Part shown: in pieces, positions 9,386 to 19,361 of the stretch
Layout of the letters: each line of letters starts with the position of its first letter
How positions within the stretch are numbered: position 1 is the stretch's first letter
From: a virus
Direction: 5' to 3' (one strand)
DNA length: 64,000 nt
Virus record (IMG/VR): IMGVR_UViG_3300044710_000080
Coordinates: 11,026 to 75,025 of that record
Position numbers and translations under genes: made by a program
Notes under the pieces: generated by a model
What the model was told of the DNA's origin: nothing
The model's database searches: none
What the model saw: the letters and a program-made list of their open reading frames with translations, nothing else

Positions 9386-10903
9386 TCACTCGGCGGCGAC
9401 CGGCTCCCGGTGCCGCCTGCGAATCACCGTCCGCGTCATCGCCTCGATCTCGGCGCGCCCGCGCTCCCCGAACTTCCTCCCCACCATAGCAAGATAGGAC
9501 GGCTCGGTGAAGTATGCAGCGAAGGCGTTGTCCCGGAAGTCGAGGATCTCCCGCGAGGTCAAGGCGGCGGTCGGCAATGGGACGGCGTCGAAGCTGTGCT
9601 GCGAGTAACCGGACCACGTCTCCGGCAGTGGCAGGCCCTTGGCAACCGCCTCTGCGTAGAGTGGCGAGCCGGGATAGGCCATCGCGCAATAGAAGTTCGC
9701 GAACTCGCACTGCAGCTCCTCGGCGAGGTCATAGGTCTGATTCATCGTTTCCAGCGTATCGTCCGGGAGCCCGAAGATGAAGTTCCCGATGACGTTGATC
9801 CCGGCCGCCTGGATCGCGCGCACCGTCTCGACAATGTCATCGGACTTGAGCGCCTTCTTCGCCCCGTCGCGGACGTGCTTCGATCCTGACTCGATCCCGA
9901 GTGCGAGCCAGCGGATGCCAGCGGCGCGCATCTTGGCGAGTGTGTGCGGTTTGACGGTATCGACGCGGGCATACGCCCAGATGTTGAGGTCGCGCGCGAA
10001 TGTAAGCCGAGTGAGGCGCTCGCAGATTTCGCCATAGTGCCGTTCGTTGAGAACGAACATTTCATCGACGATCTTGAAAGTGCGCACGCCGTGAGTCCGG
10101 TAGAGCATTTCGACTTCGGCGCAGACCGCGAGCGGCGAGCGCATCCGATAGCGGTTCGTCTGGAACGGCGCGTTGATGCAGCAGAATGAGCATTTGTACG
10201 GGCACCCGAGCGTCGTGTAGATCGAGGCGTAGGGCTTCCGTTTCTCTGGCTCCCCGAGCGTTTGCCAGTTGTGAGCGCGATAGCGATTGACCGGGAGCAT
10301 ATCCCACACGTCGCCGTGCAGTTGCGATAGGTCCTCGATCAGCGGCGCTGATGGGTTGATGATGACCTGCCCTGGCTTCGGGCCGCGCCAGACGAGGCCA
10401 GGAATATCGGCCAGATCAGATCGAGTGAGAACGTACTCATTTTCTTCATTCGATTTGAATAGATGTAGCAGTTCTTCGATCGTGACCGGCCCCTCGCCGA
10501 CGCAAGTATAATCGACCGTCTCCTCGACCATCGTCCGCTCTGGCAGCGCCGAGACATGGCCGCCGATCAGGATCACCGGGACGCGGCAAACCTGCTTGAT
10601 GGCGCGGGCGACAGCGCCGGCTCCCGTCATCTGTTGCGTGCTCGCGCTCGGCTGGTGCCCATAGGCGACAATCGCGCAGAGTCGCGGCTTCCAGAGCGCG
10701 ACAAGGGAACCCACGTCATGCGGGTCATCCTCGGTCGCCTCCATGTCGAGAATCTTGACCGAATAGCCCCGGTCCCGAACGTATCCCGCAATCAGGCGGC
10801 AAAAGAGCGGCGGCTCGATTGCGGTGAGGTTGCTGCCGAGCGCGCCGTAGATTTCCCGGCCAGCGCTGGGGTGGATCAGGAGGAGGTCGAGTTTGTCGGT
10901 CAT
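9386..10903 (-). CDS. Cobalamin-binding radical SAM enzyme (class B methyltransferase-like)
   Basis: N-terminal B12-binding domain (GGHVSALP, GEG), CxxxCxxC (GCPYKCSFC), LGIESG, FIFGLP, PGSPLY. Confidence 0.9.
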   Translation of the reverse strand: MTDKLDLLLIHPSAGREIYGALGSNLTAIEPPLFCRLIAGYVRDRGYSVKILDMEATEDDPHDVGSLVALWKPRLCAIVAYGHQPSASTQQMTGAGAVARAIKQVCRVPVILIGGHVSALPERTMVEETVDYTCVGEGPVTIEELLHLFKSNEENEYVLTRSDLADIPGLVWRGPKPGQVIINPSAPLIEDLSQLHGDVWDMLPVNRYRAHNWQTLGEPEKRKPYASIYTTLGCPYKCSFCCINAPFQTNRYRMRSPLAVCAEVEMLYRTHGVRTFKIVDEMFVLNERHYGEICERLTRLTFARDLNIWAYARVDTVKPHTLAKMRAAGIRWLALGIESGSKHVRDGAKKALKSDDIVETVRAIQAAGINVIGNFIFGLPDDTLETMNQTYDLAEELQCEFANFYCAMAYPGSPLYAEAVAKGLPLPETWSGYSQHSFDAVPLPTAALTSREILDFRDNAFAAYFTEPSYLAMVGRKFGERGRAEIEAMTRTVIRRRHREPVAAE

Positions 10904-11148
10904 CGGACTTCGCGCCCTTCCGCATCACGGAAAATTGCTGGGTAAGAGTCGTTGCCTTCCGGCCAGCATTCGGGACATGGAATCTCGACGGTGGCAGCGC
11001 CTTGGGGATCGGTCGGCGCCCTATCAAAATTGGTCGTTGCTCCACAGCCTGGGCATGTCGCCTTTAACGGGATCACGATTTCTGCCCTGCTGCGGTCAAA
11101 TCCGCAGGCGCGGTCGACCATCAGTTCGATTGGGGAAAGCGTCCTCAT
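10900..11148 (-). CDS. Small Zn-ribbon protein
   Basis: CPGC...CPEC; ATGA coupling on both sides. Confidence 0.5.
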   Translation of the reverse strand: MRTLSPIELMVDRACGFDRSRAEIVIPLKATCPGCGATTNFDRAPTDPQGAATVEIPCPECWPEGNDSYPAIFRDAEGREVR

Positions 11149-11486
11149 GGCACCATCGCCCTCGACTCTTCCCCCGCCGCGCGCTCGACGTCGGCGTCGT
11201 CGTGGTGGGTGGAGAACTCGAAGATGACAGAGTCGCGCAGGCCAGCGAAGCGGTGCCAGGTGCCGGATTCAATATCGACCGAGTCTCCCGGCTGCATGAT
11301 ATGGATAGCGCCGTTCAATTCCATGCGAACTTGGCCGGACTGGAGGTAGAACGTCTCATGCTTCACCGGGTGCCGGTGCAGGCTGCACTGGAAGCCCTTC
11401 CGCAGAACCAGCATCTTGCCGCAGTAGGACTCGTTGTTGACTATCCAGCGTTCCTCGCCCCAGACCTTTTTGACGATCTTCAGCAT
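11145..11486 (-). CDS. Cupin (mannose-6-phosphate isomerase-like C-terminal domain)
   Basis: K.WG.E..I.N...YCGK.L...G..CSLHRH..K.ETFY..SG...G.WHRF..EFST. Confidence 0.8.
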   Translation of the reverse strand: MLKIVKKVWGEERWIVNNESYCGKMLVLRKGFQCSLHRHPVKHETFYLQSGQVRMELNGAIHIMQPGDSVDIESGTWHRFAGLRDSVIFEFSTHHDDADVERAAGEESRAMVP

Positions 11487-11663
11487 CCGGGCTTCCTCAG
11501 GTCGGGCGGCCAAAGCCAGAGTGAGATGCGATGCCATGCTCGGCGCCACCATTGCGGCGGCCCTTCAGCATCGAGCGGCTCTAGTGTTCCGGTCTTGAAT
11601 TTCACTGATCGCGGGTCGCCGGGAAAGTTGCCGAAATAGGCTCTCGCGGCGGCGATCTCTTCC

Positions 11664-12602
11664 TCAGACGTTCCCATTTTGCCCTCGGGGCAGCATCCGC
11701 AGTCCGACTATAAGCTCACGGATGCCGTCGTCCAAGGAGAACTGAGGCCGCCAGCGGGTCGCCTCGATCCGGGCGTTGCTGACCACATAATTCCGCTGGT
11801 CGACATCGGCCCCGACCGGAGCATCGAGGAACGTGAATCCCGGGACGTGCACGGCGATCCGCTCGCACAGCTCGCGCTTGCTGATGTTCGCGTCGGAGAG
11901 CCCGACATTGTAGGGCTTGTCCCGCATCGCCTCGAAGTTCTCGATCCCGTAGGCGAACGCCGCCGCCGCGTCCCGGACGTGCAGGTAGTTCCGCTTGAAG
12001 TGGCTCTCGTAAAGCACGACGGCCCGGTCGGTCATCGCCCGGTGCACGAAGTCGTTCACCAAGAGGTCGAGCCGCATCCTCGGCGACATGCCGAACAGCG
12101 TGGCCAGCCGGAAGCTGATCGCGTTGCCCCGCCCCAGCACAGCCTCCTCGGCGCGCACCTTGGTGACCCCGTAGTGGCTGATCGGGCGGAGCGGCGAGTC
12201 CTCGGTGCACTCGACTCCGGGTTCCCCGATGCCATAGCCGCTGTTCGTGATCGGGATGAGCACGCGCTGGCTGATCGACATGCGGTCGAGCGTGTTGCGG
12301 ATCGCCTCAGTGTTCGTGCTGTGGGCCCCGATGCGGTCGGCCTCGCAGAGCGGTGCGCCGACGAGCGCGGCGAGCGGAATGAACACATCAGCATTCTTGA
12401 GCAATGGCTCGACTACCCGCATGTCCCGGCAGTCACCCCGCACCACGTCGAACGCCTGGTTCGCGCAGAGTGCATTGAGAGGCATCTGGTTCCAGAGGAA
12501 ATTATCGATCACCGTGACGTGGTGCCCTTCCGAAAGCAGGACGCGGACGAGGACACTGCCCAAATATCCCGCCCCCCCGGAGCAAAGCACACGAAATCCC
12601 AT
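11664..12602 (-). CDS. NAD-dependent nucleotide-sugar epimerase/dehydratase/reductase (extended SDR)
   Basis: GGAGYLG, LAALVGAPLC, YGVTK (YxxxK), RLATLFGMSPRMRLDLLVN, DQRNY. Confidence 0.9.
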   Translation of the reverse strand: MGFRVLCSGGAGYLGSVLVRVLLSEGHHVTVIDNFLWNQMPLNALCANQAFDVVRGDCRDMRVVEPLLKNADVFIPLAALVGAPLCEADRIGAHSTNTEAIRNTLDRMSISQRVLIPITNSGYGIGEPGVECTEDSPLRPISHYGVTKVRAEEAVLGRGNAISFRLATLFGMSPRMRLDLLVNDFVHRAMTDRAVVLYESHFKRNYLHVRDAAAAFAYGIENFEAMRDKPYNVGLSDANISKRELCERIAVHVPGFTFLDAPVGADVDQRNYVVSNARIEATRWRPQFSLDDGIRELIVGLRMLPRGQNGNV

Positions 12603-12838
12603 CACGGAATCTCCTTCGCGAGAATGCCGAGCAGGCTCTTCGCCAGAATCTCGGCATCCTGCCGACCCATGATGACGGCGGTGTGGAAGATGTTCCCCTC
12701 CTCCGTCCCAAAGCCCTCGCCGAAAGTGATTCGGACAACCTCCTTCGTCGCACCGACGGTGTGGGTGTTCGTGTAGATCGGCCGCACTGCGCCCCAAGAC
12801 GGACGCGACGCGACGTGGCTCCCGCCGTTCCCGTTCAT
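12602..12838 (-). CDS. Hypothetical protein
   Basis: ORF coupled to the SDR gene. Confidence 0.45.
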   Translation of the reverse strand: MNGNGGSHVASRPSWGAVRPIYTNTHTVGATKEVVRITFGEGFGTEEGNIFHTAVIMGRQDAEILAKSLLGILAKEIP

Positions 12839-12842
12839 AGAC

Positions 12843-12989
12843 TCACCAGAACTTCACGATGAAGTGGATTATGACCCAAGCCACGCCGACCCAGAATGAG
12901 ACAAATCCGATGCAAAAACCCCAGATGATGATTACGGCAGCGAGATCCTTGGGGACCACCTTCTCGGTGAATGGGAATGCGCGCCTCAT
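12843..12989 (-). CDS. Small membrane protein (48 aa)
   Basis: One long hydrophobic segment; ATG overlaps the upstream stop. Confidence 0.45.
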   Translation of the reverse strand: MRRAFPFTEKVVPKDLAAVIIIWGFCIGFVSFWVGVAWVIIHFIVKFW

Positions 12990-14110
12990 AGCGTCCTCCG
13001 GATTACCTCGGCCAGCCGCTTGATTAGGTCTGGCGCTGACCAGGGGGGATTCCCGCAGAACATTCCTGTGACGTGGATTAGATCGGCCTTGGGCGTGGGC
13101 TGGTTCGCCCATGGAAGCCCATAGGGAGATTTTGTAAAGCTCCCGCCAGTCGGAAGGCGGCAGTCGATCGAGGCCGCCCGGAGGGCTCCTACTAGCCGCC
13201 GGCGGGCCTCCTGGCCGGCATCCACGGTGAAGTGGAGCGAAAATGGGCTCGGGCTGCCGTTCCAGGGCGGGAAGGTGACCGGGAGGCTCGCCGCCAGTCG
13301 CCGGAACAGGGCGTCATTTTCTCGCCGTGCCTTGATGAAGCCGGGGAGCTTGCGCAGTTGCTCGCGGGCGACCGCGGCGCGGATTTCGTCGGAGCGGACG
13401 TTGAATCCGAAAATTTCAAATCGGTATTCGTCCTCGAACCGCTCCGCAGGCTGAACGTCGCGCAGCCAGCCGTGCGCTCTCAGCATCCGGCAGAGCCGAT
13501 TGCATTCGTCGTCGTCGGTCAGCACCGCGCCGCCCTCGATGGCTGATACCTGATGGCTGAAGAAAAAGGATTCTGTCGCCATCAGCCCGAAGGCACCCGT
13601 CGTCTTGCCATTCGTCGAGGCCCCAAGCGATTCGCAGTCGTCGTTGAGGAAGTAGGCGTCGAGCACCCCGGCCACCGTGTTCAGCGTCCCGAGCTGTGCC
13701 GGATTGCCGAGTATCGAGCAGCCGACCACGAGCCGGATACCGGCCGGATCCTCTAATCCGAACGGGTCGGCGTTCCAGCCGTCGTCCACATCCATCAGGA
13801 CAAGATCGAGGCCGTGCTGCACGAGCGGGGCGTAAGTCGTCGCCCACGCGATCGCCGGCACCAGCGCCTTGTCCCCCCGCTTGAGCGGCTTCTCGGCGCG
13901 ATGGAACAGCGCCGCCGTCGCCACGAGGTTCGCGCTCGAACCCGAGTTGACCATCACGCAATGCCGGCGGCCGTGGTAGTCCGCGAGTTCCCGCTCGAAT
14001 GCCGCGACCTCGGGACCGGCGGTCAACCGCCCGGACGCGAGCACGCGCTCGATGGCCGCGCGCTCCTCGGTAGACCACGCGGAAAATGCTGTCGGATGGT
14101 CATAGGTCAT
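12986..14110 (-). CDS. DegT/DnrJ-fold PLP enzyme, His-type (ColD/RfbH-like NDP-4-keto-6-deoxyhexose 3-dehydratase)
   Basis: VNSGSSANL, DCESLGA, and SFFFSHQVSAIEGG, where His replaces the Schiff-base Lys; LRAHGW.R. Confidence 0.8.
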   Translation of the reverse strand: MTYDHPTAFSAWSTEERAAIERVLASGRLTAGPEVAAFERELADYHGRRHCVMVNSGSSANLVATAALFHRAEKPLKRGDKALVPAIAWATTYAPLVQHGLDLVLMDVDDGWNADPFGLEDPAGIRLVVGCSILGNPAQLGTLNTVAGVLDAYFLNDDCESLGASTNGKTTGAFGLMATESFFFSHQVSAIEGGAVLTDDDECNRLCRMLRAHGWLRDVQPAERFEDEYRFEIFGFNVRSDEIRAAVAREQLRKLPGFIKARRENDALFRRLAASLPVTFPPWNGSPSPFSLHFTVDAGQEARRRLVGALRAASIDCRLPTGGSFTKSPYGLPWANQPTPKADLIHVTGMFCGNPPWSAPDLIKRLAEVIRRTL

Positions 14111-14638
14111 TTTGTGGCCACCCATCGCCATCGTCCGTTACGGCGCGGCTGAGCACCTCCCATCGATGGCCTATACAAACCGGGACGCCCCTTCCGATGA
14201 CGATGCCAGGCGGAAGTCGGCCACCATGTGCCGCGAACGCGGATCATGCTCATGCGAATGATTCGCTCAACAGAGTCTCGTTCGCCCGCCGACTGATATG
14301 GCGAAGAGCAACTTCGGCTCCCGTGCCGACCTTCGCATGGGGCAATTCTTCATCGGCCAGATCGGCCACGAATTGGAGCGCCTTCCGCAATCGGCTTACC
14401 TCCGCTTGGTATTTTTCCACGCGGGTAACTGCGGAATCTTTGCTGAACCGTTCGACTTCGTTCTCAGTAGTCATAGTCAAGCCCTCCGTGTCCATTTGCT
14501 TCGTCGCACTTGCGCAGCAACCAGCGCCAGAACCATCGCGGCCGGCGGTCGTTCCAGTCCATGCGCTCGGCCAAATCCCATAACCGCTTGAAACGCGCAT
14601 TACGGACGTTGTGGTCAGGTAGCGCGATTCCGTCTCGA

Positions 14639-15157
14639 TTAGGCATAGAGTTCCGTCCTCTCGATCAGCAGCGTGCTCCCCTCCCGCTGCAGCGCCTTCC
14701 CGTACTCCGGCACGATCCGGTCGGCGGAATCAAGCCGGACGACCTCGACGGTTTGCAGCATTGAGCAGAATGCTTCAGTGAAGTCCCCGAGGTGTTGCGG
14801 GCCGGGATCGAGCGGCACCGGAGTTGCGATTGCCGTTCTCACGATAACGCGCGGCCGCCACGTCGAGTATCGCGGCAGGGCGTCGAGATGCAATACGAGT
14901 TGCGACATGGCGAGCAGCAGGAAGTTGACCCGCGGATAGCACGTCACCGGGATCAGCCCCGTCAGCGACATGCCCGTCGCCATTCCGAGCTGAGCATCCT
15001 CCATGACGGGAAGCTCAAGCAGCTTCTCAGGCGCAATGCCGCGGAACGTTTTCGCCATAGCCGTGCCTTCCGTCATGGCCTGGCCCATGAAGATCGACCT
15101 CGGCTCTTCGGCAATCATCAGCATCGCCGCCCGCAGTGCATCGAAGTAAACGCTCAT
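14639..15157 (-). CDS. ThDP-dependent E1-beta / transketolase pyrimidine-binding subunit
   Basis: FMGQ, ELPVMEDAQLGMATG, YPR.NFLL.A..QLV, PGPQH. Confidence 0.85.
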   Translation of the reverse strand: MSVYFDALRAAMLMIAEEPRSIFMGQAMTEGTAMAKTFRGIAPEKLLELPVMEDAQLGMATGMSLTGLIPVTCYPRVNFLLLAMSQLVLHLDALPRYSTWRPRVIVRTAIATPVPLDPGPQHLGDFTEAFCSMLQTVEVVRLDSADRIVPEYGKALQREGSTLLIERTELYA

Positions 15158-15252
15158 TCCTCGTCCTCCTCATGGGGCGCGTAGATTCCCCAGAGCACGA
15201 GCATGACGCTCCCGACCGCGAGCACCCCGACGATGGCGAGAACCCCGTACAT
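15154..15252 (-). CDS. Tiny membrane protein (32 aa) between the two ThDP subunits
   Basis: MYGVLAIVGVLAVGSVMLVLWGIYAPYEEDEE; overlapping start/stop at both ends. Confidence 0.4.
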   Translation of the reverse strand: MYGVLAIVGVLAVGSVMLVLWGIYAPHEEDEE

Positions 15253-15854
15253 TAGAAGTCCACACGCTTGCCGGCGCCCGAATGTGGAAATGGTAAAACG
15301 TACTCATAACGCCGAGTTAAACGCGCATCCGACCCTTCGCATCCATCGTCCCAAGTCTTTCGCGTATCGGTGCAAACGCTCAAACCGTTATCTTCGACGA
15401 CGAACGTGATCGGCAGGCAATGCCCGCGCGCATAGTTCCAGCATTCGTGATAGATGCCCGTGCGACTTGTCATGTCCCCGAGAAAGGCCCAACAGCGCTC
15501 ATCCTTCCCCGCTCGCTTGATCGCCCATGCGATCCCGAGCGCGATGGGCAGAACCCCGCCGACGATGGCGGATGAGATCACCCGACGCGCGGGAAAATTC
15601 AACGCAATCGAATGGCCTTTCAAAATCGCGGCCCGCAGTTCCTCTGGCGGCACGCCCTTGAGCAAACAGTGGTAGTGCGACCTCCAAGAAACTGCGCACC
15701 AGTCCTGTTCACGCACGTCGGCGAAGATGTCCAGCAAGGCCTGCTCATTGCCGCCGGCCAGATGTATGGGGGACCGGATGCGTGCCGCATTGAAGTCAGC
15801 AGCCACGGATTCCTCAAACGCGCGGAGAGATTCGACAGTGTGGTTCGTGATCAT
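15252..15854 (-). CDS. ThDP-dependent E1-alpha-like subunit
   Basis: PIHL.GGNE, WRSHYH.LLKG, SSAIVGG, ThDP motif GDM...G..HE..NYA...LPI.FVVEDN. Confidence 0.85.
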   Translation of the reverse strand: MITNHTVESLRAFEESVAADFNAARIRSPIHLAGGNEQALLDIFADVREQDWCAVSWRSHYHCLLKGVPPEELRAAILKGHSIALNFPARRVISSAIVGGVLPIALGIAWAIKRAGKDERCWAFLGDMTSRTGIYHECWNYARGHCLPITFVVEDNGLSVCTDTRKTWDDGCEGSDARLTRRYEYVLPFPHSGAGKRVDF

Positions 15855-16585
15855 TCGCCGAACACATTCCAATTGCCAAACTCTTCGATGAGGTCTGCGG
15901 AGAAGCAATCAATTTTATGATCGGACCGACCACCATCGAAAGCGGCGAGAGCATTCTTCCCGGTCGCGCGGACGCCGTTAACGGCGTGGGTCGCCTTCAA
16001 CCGTCGAAGCTGAACGGCGTCCGGTTCATCCGAGTTCCCATCTCGTATGCGCGTTTCGTTCTGCCAGATGTAGGCGTTGGCAAGTTGAATCACGACGATT
16101 GCCTTAATCTGCTCGGCGCGAAGCGGCGGACGTTCCGCGAGGATCAGATCAATGTCGTGCATGATGAGTTTCAGCTCGGCGCGGTAGTCATCGCGGTGCT
16201 CATCGATGAAAATTTCCTTCTGGAGCACGATGGTGAGGCGGTCGACGAGGTCGCTCAATGTCGGCAAATACTTGCGCTCGTTACCTGGAAACATCGGGCG
16301 CGCCAGAAGGGAACCGAATCCCCATTTGCCGGATGCGTAGGCTTCCCGCGTCTCGGGATCGAACTTGACGCCTTGGGCTTCCAGCGCCTCAAGAATGAGC
16401 TTCTGATGCGCGGGAGAATTTTGCGGCACGTAGGTTCCCCCGTCCGCGCACCGTATCGGGCCGGGCGCCCCACCTCGTTCGTGCTCGTCGAATCGGAGGC
16501 CGCAGCGGGCGCAGATCGGGACCATACTGGAGGGGGAGAGGGGGATGTCGGGGCCGTGGTCGTCGCGGCCGTGCTGGTCGGTCAT
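15851..16585 (-). CDS. Hypothetical protein (N-terminal Cys motif, C-terminal helical domain)
   Basis: CARC..H..C; RKYLPTLSDLVDRLTIV..KE..N..IW..E..IR; coupled to E1-alpha. Confidence 0.55.
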   Translation of the reverse strand: MTDQHGRDDHGPDIPLSPSSMVPICARCGLRFDEHERGGAPGPIRCADGGTYVPQNSPAHQKLILEALEAQGVKFDPETREAYASGKWGFGSLLARPMFPGNERKYLPTLSDLVDRLTIVLQKEIFIDEHRDDYRAELKLIMHDIDLILAERPPLRAEQIKAIVVIQLANAYIWQNETRIRDGNSDEPDAVQLRRLKATHAVNGVRATGKNALAAFDGGRSDHKIDCFSADLIEEFGNWNVFGE

Positions 16586-16854
16586 GTTTATCGCCGTTTC
16601 CTTGCGGGCACTTCTTCCGCTGGAGGCTTCACAAGAAGTTGGCGAGCATGCTCACTGAGCGGCTTCAAGTCGGGCCGGACCTTCATCAGCGCGCTTATGA
16701 GTTCGTCGATTTCTTCGCGCGTACAGATTGATCCGCCAAGCACCACAGCGGGGCCGACAGATGTTTCCCCACCTGGATGCACAAGATTTACCATTTGGGT
16801 ATGGATGATGTAAGGCATAATGAATCTCCCGGCCGGTTCAGGTTGCCCAATCCG

Positions 16855-16882
16855 ACTATAGGGAAAATTGTCCCGGTGTCTA
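16855..16882 (-). promoter_or_regulatory. Promoter with operator in the spacer, upstream of the sugar-biosynthesis block
   Basis: TAGACA-CCGGGACAATTTTCCC(16)-TATAGT. Confidence 0.65.
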
Positions 16883-17212
16883 GTGGGTAGTGACCGTAGC
16901 GGCCTCGGGCTTGACGCCCATACGGTTTTTCTGGGCGGCCTCAACGGCGAGGGCGCGGACGCGGCCGAGCGTGGCCTCGAAACCGGATTCGGCCCATCCC
17001 GGCTTCTGGCGCATGTCGTCCACGATTTCGGCGAAGATGAGCGCGTCGGGCGGGCGCAGGGCGAGCGACCTTCCAGCGATGCTCTGGTAGACCCTCCATC
17101 CGGTGCCGTGGTCGTAGTGGATGCCGACCTGCAACGCCGACCCCGGCGGGGCGGTCGAGATGTGCAGGAGCCAGCCCTTGATCTGGAGGAGGCGCTTGCG
17201 CTTGCCGCTCAT

Positions 17213-17548
17213 TCAGGTCAGGCCTTCGATCTTCCCGTTCGTGACGTGGAAGTGCGCGTTGCATCCGCCGGTGAGTTGGACCGAACTTGAGCCAGCAACC
17301 AGCGTCAGGTCGTCGATCCCGGTCCCGGTCAGGTTCCAGCGCCCCGGTTGCGGCGACACGTCCTGCGGGACTGAGGGCGACCAGCAAATGACCGAATGCA
17401 CGCCGATCCCATCTGGATGCCCGAGAAAGCACTTCGGGCAAAGGAACATCACGCCGTCCGCACCCGCAATCACGTCGCCCACATCTTGAAATGTGTGATG
17501 GCTTTCCAGTTTGAGGAACTTCGCCTCTAGCTCGCGGAGTGTCGTCAT
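17213..17548 (-). CDS. DUF6527-like Cys/His metal-binding protein
   Basis: FLCPKC..H...W...G...LTL..S......C.AHF.V.NG.I. Confidence 0.55.
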   Translation of the reverse strand: MTTLRELEAKFLKLESHHTFQDVGDVIAGADGVMFLCPKCFLGHPDGIGVHSVICWSPSVPQDVSPQPGRWNLTGTGIDDLTLVAGSSSVQLTGGCNAHFHVTNGKIEGLT

Positions 17549-18483
17549 GCCGCCACCGCCTTCTTCACCCGCGCCGGGTCGAGCACCCCGATATGGTCCA
17601 GCGCCCGCCCGACGCAGACCTCGGGCGGGAACTTCGCCTTGAACTTCTCGAATTGCGAGGCCCACACCCCGCGCCAGGCCGCCCGCACCAGCAGGCATTG
17701 GCTGTAGAAGCCCTCGATCGTGTCGGAGAATCGCACAACTTCATCCCATGGCTTCGACAGCAAATGCGGCTCCGCGACCACCGGGCGCCCAAGGCAGAGC
17801 GCCGTGTTACATCGGGACGACGATACAAGGCCCATCGATTCGAACTTCCTCACCTGGATGATGACCTTCGCCCGCCGCATCGTCTCGTCGCGTTCCTGCT
17901 GCGTCGCGAAGTCGACCACCAGCCGCACCGCCTTCTCCGTCCCCACCCGCTTCGCCAGCCGCTTCAAGATCGAGTGCCGCCGCGGTGTGAGCGACCCGTA
18001 GAACCCGAACTCGTAGTCCGGCTCCTTGTCGGTGATGCGCACCAGCGTCGGCGCATACCCGAGCTCGATCGGCGCCGCCGGCGCGAATTGCCCGTACCAC
18101 TTCGTCACATGCTCGCCTGGCACCAGATGCAGGATCCCCTCGCAATACTTCGCCGCATCCGGGAACCGCTCCTGCCGGTAGACCATCTCCCGCTGCGTGC
18201 CCTGGTTGAAGCCCCGTTCGCTCGGCTCCTCCGTCGCCAGGATGATCCAGCGCGCGCCTTGCTGCGCCGCATTCGCTACCAGATTAACGCTGTCCTTCGT
18301 GAAGCCTTCGACAATGACGTTGATGCCATCGGCCCCGCTGACAAGTTTGGTATTTGAGGCATCCCATACTGCTTTGTGGCCCAAGGCATTGATTTGATGG
18401 CCGAAAATTGCAATTACGTCCTCAAGAGAACGCTGTCCTACTTCACTGTGGTTACCTAAAAAAAAGCAAAATTGTTGGCCCAT
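17545..18483 (-). CDS. Glycosyltransferase-like protein (GT-B / CgeB-like C-terminus)
   Basis: FGFYGSLTPRR..IL, RD..M..AKVII, SSSRC..AL..G.PVVAE. Confidence 0.6.
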   Translation of the reverse strand: MGQQFCFFLGNHSEVGQRSLEDVIAIFGHQINALGHKAVWDASNTKLVSGADGINVIVEGFTKDSVNLVANAAQQGARWIILATEEPSERGFNQGTQREMVYRQERFPDAAKYCEGILHLVPGEHVTKWYGQFAPAAPIELGYAPTLVRITDKEPDYEFGFYGSLTPRRHSILKRLAKRVGTEKAVRLVVDFATQQERDETMRRAKVIIQVRKFESMGLVSSSRCNTALCLGRPVVAEPHLLSKPWDEVVRFSDTIEGFYSQCLLVRAAWRGVWASQFEKFKAKFPPEVCVGRALDHIGVLDPARVKKAVAA

Positions 18484-18926
18484 TATTTCACCTCGAAAGC
18501 AATAGCATTGATGGTTTCTGAGGTGTGAATCCATGGCTTGTCAAACCCTTTGCGGGCTATCGTCGATGCCTTCAACGGTGGGCTCGTGATCGTCGCCACT
18601 GATTCGCGAAGCTCGCCGCTGATCTGCTCACCGACCATGGCCATTGCGGGCTTGGCGTCGAAGTCGGTTTGTTTGAGAGCGGCGGCGACGGCCTCGCCCC
18701 ACTTCGGGGATTTGGCGGCGATCATGTTGCGAAAGGCGGGCCTGGGCGGCTGGCCGCGCGAGGGCACGCCGTACTCGGTGAGAGCGGCGCGGAGGGGAAT
18801 CGACATGCCGTCTGAGCCCGTGGCTCCTTCGAGCCATCCGACCCGGAGGTTTGCGGGCGTGGTGATGTGCTGCGCGAGCTCGTTCAGCTTTTGCCGCAAT
18901 TTCTCTCCCCCGCTGATGGTCGCCAT
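18483..18926 (-). CDS. Neck / virion morphogenesis protein (HK97 gp10-like)
   Basis: LRVGWLEGAT, EYG....PPRP.FR, PPL..STIARKGFDKP; a structural gene stranded inside the glycosylation island. Confidence 0.75.
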   Translation of the reverse strand: MATISGGEKLRQKLNELAQHITTPANLRVGWLEGATGSDGMSIPLRAALTEYGVPSRGQPPRPAFRNMIAAKSPKWGEAVAAALKQTDFDAKPAMAMVGEQISGELRESVATITSPPLKASTIARKGFDKPWIHTSETINAIAFEVK

Positions 18927-19361
18927 TTTCAAAACCCCTGGATACCGAGCAAGTGTAGCAGACCGCAGAGGAAGGCGATGTAGAGAACTTGCCCGAAGGT
19001 GAGGTCGAAGAGGAAGATGGCGTCGCTCATCGGGGCATCCGTCCGGCTTTTCTTCCCCGCGTGCCGGACAACGCGGTTACAAACCTGCGGCGTGAGACAA
19101 GTCCAAGGACGCACGGCATCGCTAGATGCTCTCCGCAGGACCGGAAGCTAATTGCGCCTCCACCATAGCCTGATGCCAGGGCGCAAGTCATGATAGGGGC
19201 AGTGGGGTTCATCCTCCAAGACCTCAAACTGTTGGCGCCAGAACTCCATCGCCGCGCGCACGAAAGATACCCGATAAAGAACCGATCGATTACGCGACCG
19301 CGCCATGCGCCTTGTGATAATCTTGTGTGTTGCCGCCAAATTTATCATCCGAATGACTCGC

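Noticed and set aside
12986-14110. Ordinary sugar aminotransferase (DegT/Per)
   Set aside because: The catalytic Lys position is His (FSHQ), which points to the dehydratase subgroup.
14639-15854. Pyruvate dehydrogenase auxiliary metabolic genes
   Set aside because: The subunits are truncated, there is no E2/E3, and the context is nucleotide-sugar enzymes.
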